64,000 nucleotides of DNA from Candidatus Bathyarchaeia archaeon (GTDB lineage Archaea; Thermoproteota; Bathyarchaeia; Bathyarchaeales; Bathycorpusculaceae): the NCBI GenBank assembly GCA_038727135.1, contig JAVYWL010000002.1:257115-321114 (forward strand), written 5' to 3'. Within the stretch, counting starts at the first letter, position 1. The number at the start of each line of letters is the position of its first letter. Both the position numbers and the translations under genes were made by a program. Shown piece by piece: positions 61,766 through 64,000 of this stretch. The notes beneath the pieces are model-generated. The model did no database searches. It saw only the letters and a program-made list of their open reading frames with translations, and was not told the DNA's origin.

Positions 61766-62341
61766 TTAAATTTGCTTAATTTCCTCTGTTAAGTTAAGCG
61801 CTAGTTGTGCTGCTTCTTCCAATATAGTTTCGTTTGGTGGTGCTGGGCCGAAATACCAGAAGGGTGGTCCATTTATGCTGTCTACGCTTGTATAGTTGAG
61901 TATGCTCCAGTAGGCTTGTGCAACTTTCTGTCCAATATCATGGATTGTGTTCATCATTCTTGATTGTTCCGTAGAGTTCAGCCGAGACAAATCAATGTTG
62001 GGATCCCTGATGGTGTCTATTAAGTAAAGGATTTTTCCTAATTGGACTTGATGCCCTTGGTCCAAATTAATGAGCTCCGTCAACGAACTGGTTGCATAAA
62101 CTAATTCGGCATTAAGCCAGTTTGAAGTTGTGGGATCCAAGCTTCCATTAAATTTGGCTGGCAAGAGCACATAAACGGCGTCTAGATGAGTCCTTAGGCG
62201 TTGCGACTCCCTGAGCATCGATGCCCAAAGCTTGTGCGTATTAATTTTCTGGAAGGCCCAAAAAACTCCAGCAACCACAACTATAACCAAGAGAAACAAA
62301 ATTATAAATCGTTTCAGACTTATGCAAAAAATTCTCCCCAC
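61766..62341 (-). CDS. Membrane-anchored hypothetical protein
   Basis: N-terminal TM helix; single-gene module. Confidence 0.7.
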   Translation of the reverse strand: MGRIFCISLKRFIILFLLVIVVVAGVFWAFQKINTHKLWASMLRESQRLRTHLDAVYVLLPAKFNGSLDPTTSNWLNAELVYATSSLTELINLDQGHQVQLGKILYLIDTIRDPNIDLSRLNSTEQSRMMNTIHDIGQKVAQAYWSILNYTSVDSINGPPFWYFGPAPPNETILEEAAQLALNLTEEIKQI

Positions 62342-62462
62342 TTTAGCTCCCTCTATATAGTCTACTGTTTTTCAAACCTTAAAATTTTCTCGCCGCAAGC
62401 CAAACGATAAAACTCTGACTCGCATACTTTGACATAACATCACAAATATAAAACAATGAGTG

Positions 62463-62840
62463 CTAACAATAGCTCGACATTCTACTAGTCATCGCTAAAA
62501 TAATGAAAGAGTAAAACTTCGTTGGATCAACCCTGAGCCTAATAAAACCTCTTTTTTGGTAGCACTGCCCCATCGAAACAAACTGAGCGGAGCAAATAAT
62601 GGGAAGCAATAGCATTACATTAGAAAACTTTTTTCCTATCATGACTTTGTTCCAAAAAATTAGTGTAGTATTAATTATGCTTATAAGAATTGAGATAATC
62701 AGCATAATGAATGCTACACCAACGTCGTGTCCTTCCGAACTTAGGTAAATAGCGGTCGCAGCTGAAAAGGCAACCCCAACTATTAAAAGCAGCCGAACTA
62801 AAGTCTTAGCGGAGTGATTCGCAGCAGCATTATTTTCCAT
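62463..62840 (-). pseudogene. Truncated/disrupted membrane protein
   Basis: TM helices followed by loss of a coherent frame; ends across site H. Confidence 0.45.
62478..62505. repeat. Site H (weaker)
   Basis: CATTCTACTAG TCATCG CTAAAATAATG; overlaps the apparently truncated end of ORF 62463-62840. Confidence 0.5.
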
Positions 62841-62980
62841 ACTGTTTCACCTGTCAAAAGGACCGTGCAACAATGAGGGTTGTCGTCCCATTCACAATCT
62901 CATCGTATCCAAGAGACGGGTCAATTGAACCAATAATGACTCTATCACTTGAGATATCATCACTCTCAAGAGACACTTAT

Positions 62981-63241
62981 TCATAGTAAACCCTCCGCCG
63001 GATCATCAGCCTTTCCATATCTCAAAATTATGAGATTGCATTTTCTACATCGATAGGCTATGACGTTATATATGTGAGGCCCAAGGCCCTTACCAACAAT
63101 TAGTTCTCCGCTGAAAAGCCCTTTAAGTGACCAATTACTAATTTTTTTATTACTCCAAGCCATTCCCGAAGCAAAAGCCAGGTATCCGCAATCCAATTTA
63201 GAACCGCACAGTGGGCAAACCTCTATAGCTTTTTGCTCCAT
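62981..63241 (-). CDS. DUF6487-like small Zn-ribbon protein
   Basis: CPLCG...GYL...W...AYRCRKCNLII. Confidence 0.7.
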   Translation of the reverse strand: MEQKAIEVCPLCGSKLDCGYLAFASGMAWSNKKISNWSLKGLFSGELIVGKGLGPHIYNVIAYRCRKCNLIILRYGKADDPAEGLL

Positions 63242-63421
63242 CTTTTCAGCCTTCAATTTATTCCCTTCCCTTATTTTTTCTCCGCTCTTGATAATTAAAC
63301 TTAGCCTTTTTCTATCGTTGTCGATCAAGCATACCCTTCGTTGAGATTTTGCAGCCCACAAGCACTCAATCTACCGTAAAATATAAAATCTACATTAAAA
63401 CAACAACATCAAAACATCATG

Positions 63422-63449
63422 GCGTTCATTAGTCGCTGTTAATGGAATA
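63422..63449. repeat. Site I
   Basis: GCGTTCATTAG TCGCTG TTAATGGAATA. Confidence 0.78.
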
Positions 63450-63474
63450 GTTCGGATATTAATTGCTTTTTGTG

Positions 63475-63933
63475 TTAGGTTCTTAATGCGTGTGTTATGT
63501 CGCTTCTTGTTAGAATTCCAAGCAGTGTTTCCTTGTTTTCCTTGCTGACGACCAGTAGTCTTCCAATGTTGTGTTTGTTCATTTTTTCGAAGGCTTCCGC
63601 TACTGATTCTTCTGGAAAAGTTGTGACTAATTTTTTTGTGCAGATTTCTCCAAGGGATGTTTCGTTTCTTTTTTCTTTTGGAACTTTCATTACGTCTTGC
63701 AAGGTAACTATTCCCAAGAGTTTGCCGGACTCGCTTACTATTGGAAAGCCTATGTGATGATGCTCTGCCACTTTGTCAAAGAATTCATTTATTGTCATTG
63801 TAGGCGTTAGCGTGATGACGTTTTTTGTCATAATTTGTTCTACTTTCATTTCCTTCAGTATGCTGATTTCGATTGGTGTTGGCTTTATGTAAAACTCCGC
63901 AGCTGTAGGTATTATTATGCCCTCTTTTTCCAT
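63475..63933 (-). CDS. CBS-pair protein (possibly the C-terminus of a larger gene beyond the window)
   Basis: VEQIMTK..GFPIV..LLGIVT.QD and IGRLLVV..LLGILTRSD. Confidence 0.8.
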   Translation of the reverse strand: MEKEGIIIPTAAEFYIKPTPIEISILKEMKVEQIMTKNVITLTPTMTINEFFDKVAEHHHIGFPIVSESGKLLGIVTLQDVMKVPKEKRNETSLGEICTKKLVTTFPEESVAEAFEKMNKHNIGRLLVVSKENKETLLGILTRSDITHALRT

Positions 63934-64000
63934 GTTTCTGCTTTCTTGCAGTGCGCTTTTTCTTTTTTGAGTTGATACATTAATTAGGTGTGCTAGTGTG

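Larger units (their letters stand above)
47833..64000. mobile_element. Second genomic island: tyrosine recombinase plus array of gene modules separated by 28-bp sites; extends beyond the window
   Basis: att-like tRNA fragment, recombinase, repeated 11-6-11 sites, many disrupted cargo genes. Confidence 0.7.

Noticed and set aside
49699-63449. Reading the sites as classical integron attC or IS terminal repeats
   Set aside because: They are too short and symmetric for attC (no R/L box hairpin); there is no transposase or target duplication, and no IntI-specific insertion is evident in the recombinase.
1-64000. CRISPR array
   Set aside because: No identical 24-47 bp repeats with short unique spacers were seen; the 28-bp sites are kb apart.

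Overview
Archaeal chromosome segment, most likely Bathyarchaeia. The evidence is two EF-2 paralogues, TackOD1/NitrOD5-like domains, a PEF-type C-terminal anchor and archaeal tRNAs. 1-39 kb is mainly core/metabolic: a biotin-dependent carboxyltransferase cluster with methylmalonyl-CoA mutase, tRNA-Ile2(CAU), TmcA, Ogg, head-to-head EF-2/EF-2 paralogue, purP/purC/purE, a GPN GTPase, and a peptide ABC transporter with a CocE hydrolase and D-aminoacylase. From 39 kb the window is accessory. (1) An 8.5-kb element is integrated in tRNA-His (47-bp att repeats, SSV1-type split integrase). It carries an AAA+ ATPase, a mini tyrosine recombinase, an HNH nuclease and a MazG / double PD-(D/E)XK / stand-alone ArcS-like (DUF5591) module. 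(2) A second island starts at a tRNA-Asn-like 3' fragment (47833) and runs off the right edge. It encodes an atypical tyrosine recombinase, followed by about nine regularly spaced 28-bp 11-6-11 imperfect palindromes (consensus TTCYRTTAR-N6-YTAAYRGAA) that divide the cargo into 0.7-2.8 kb gene modules. This integron-like / dif-module-like cassette array is the main candidate novel system. One cassette carries two His-containing membrane proteins under NikR-like operators. All family assignments are by motif recognition from memory; no database searches were run.
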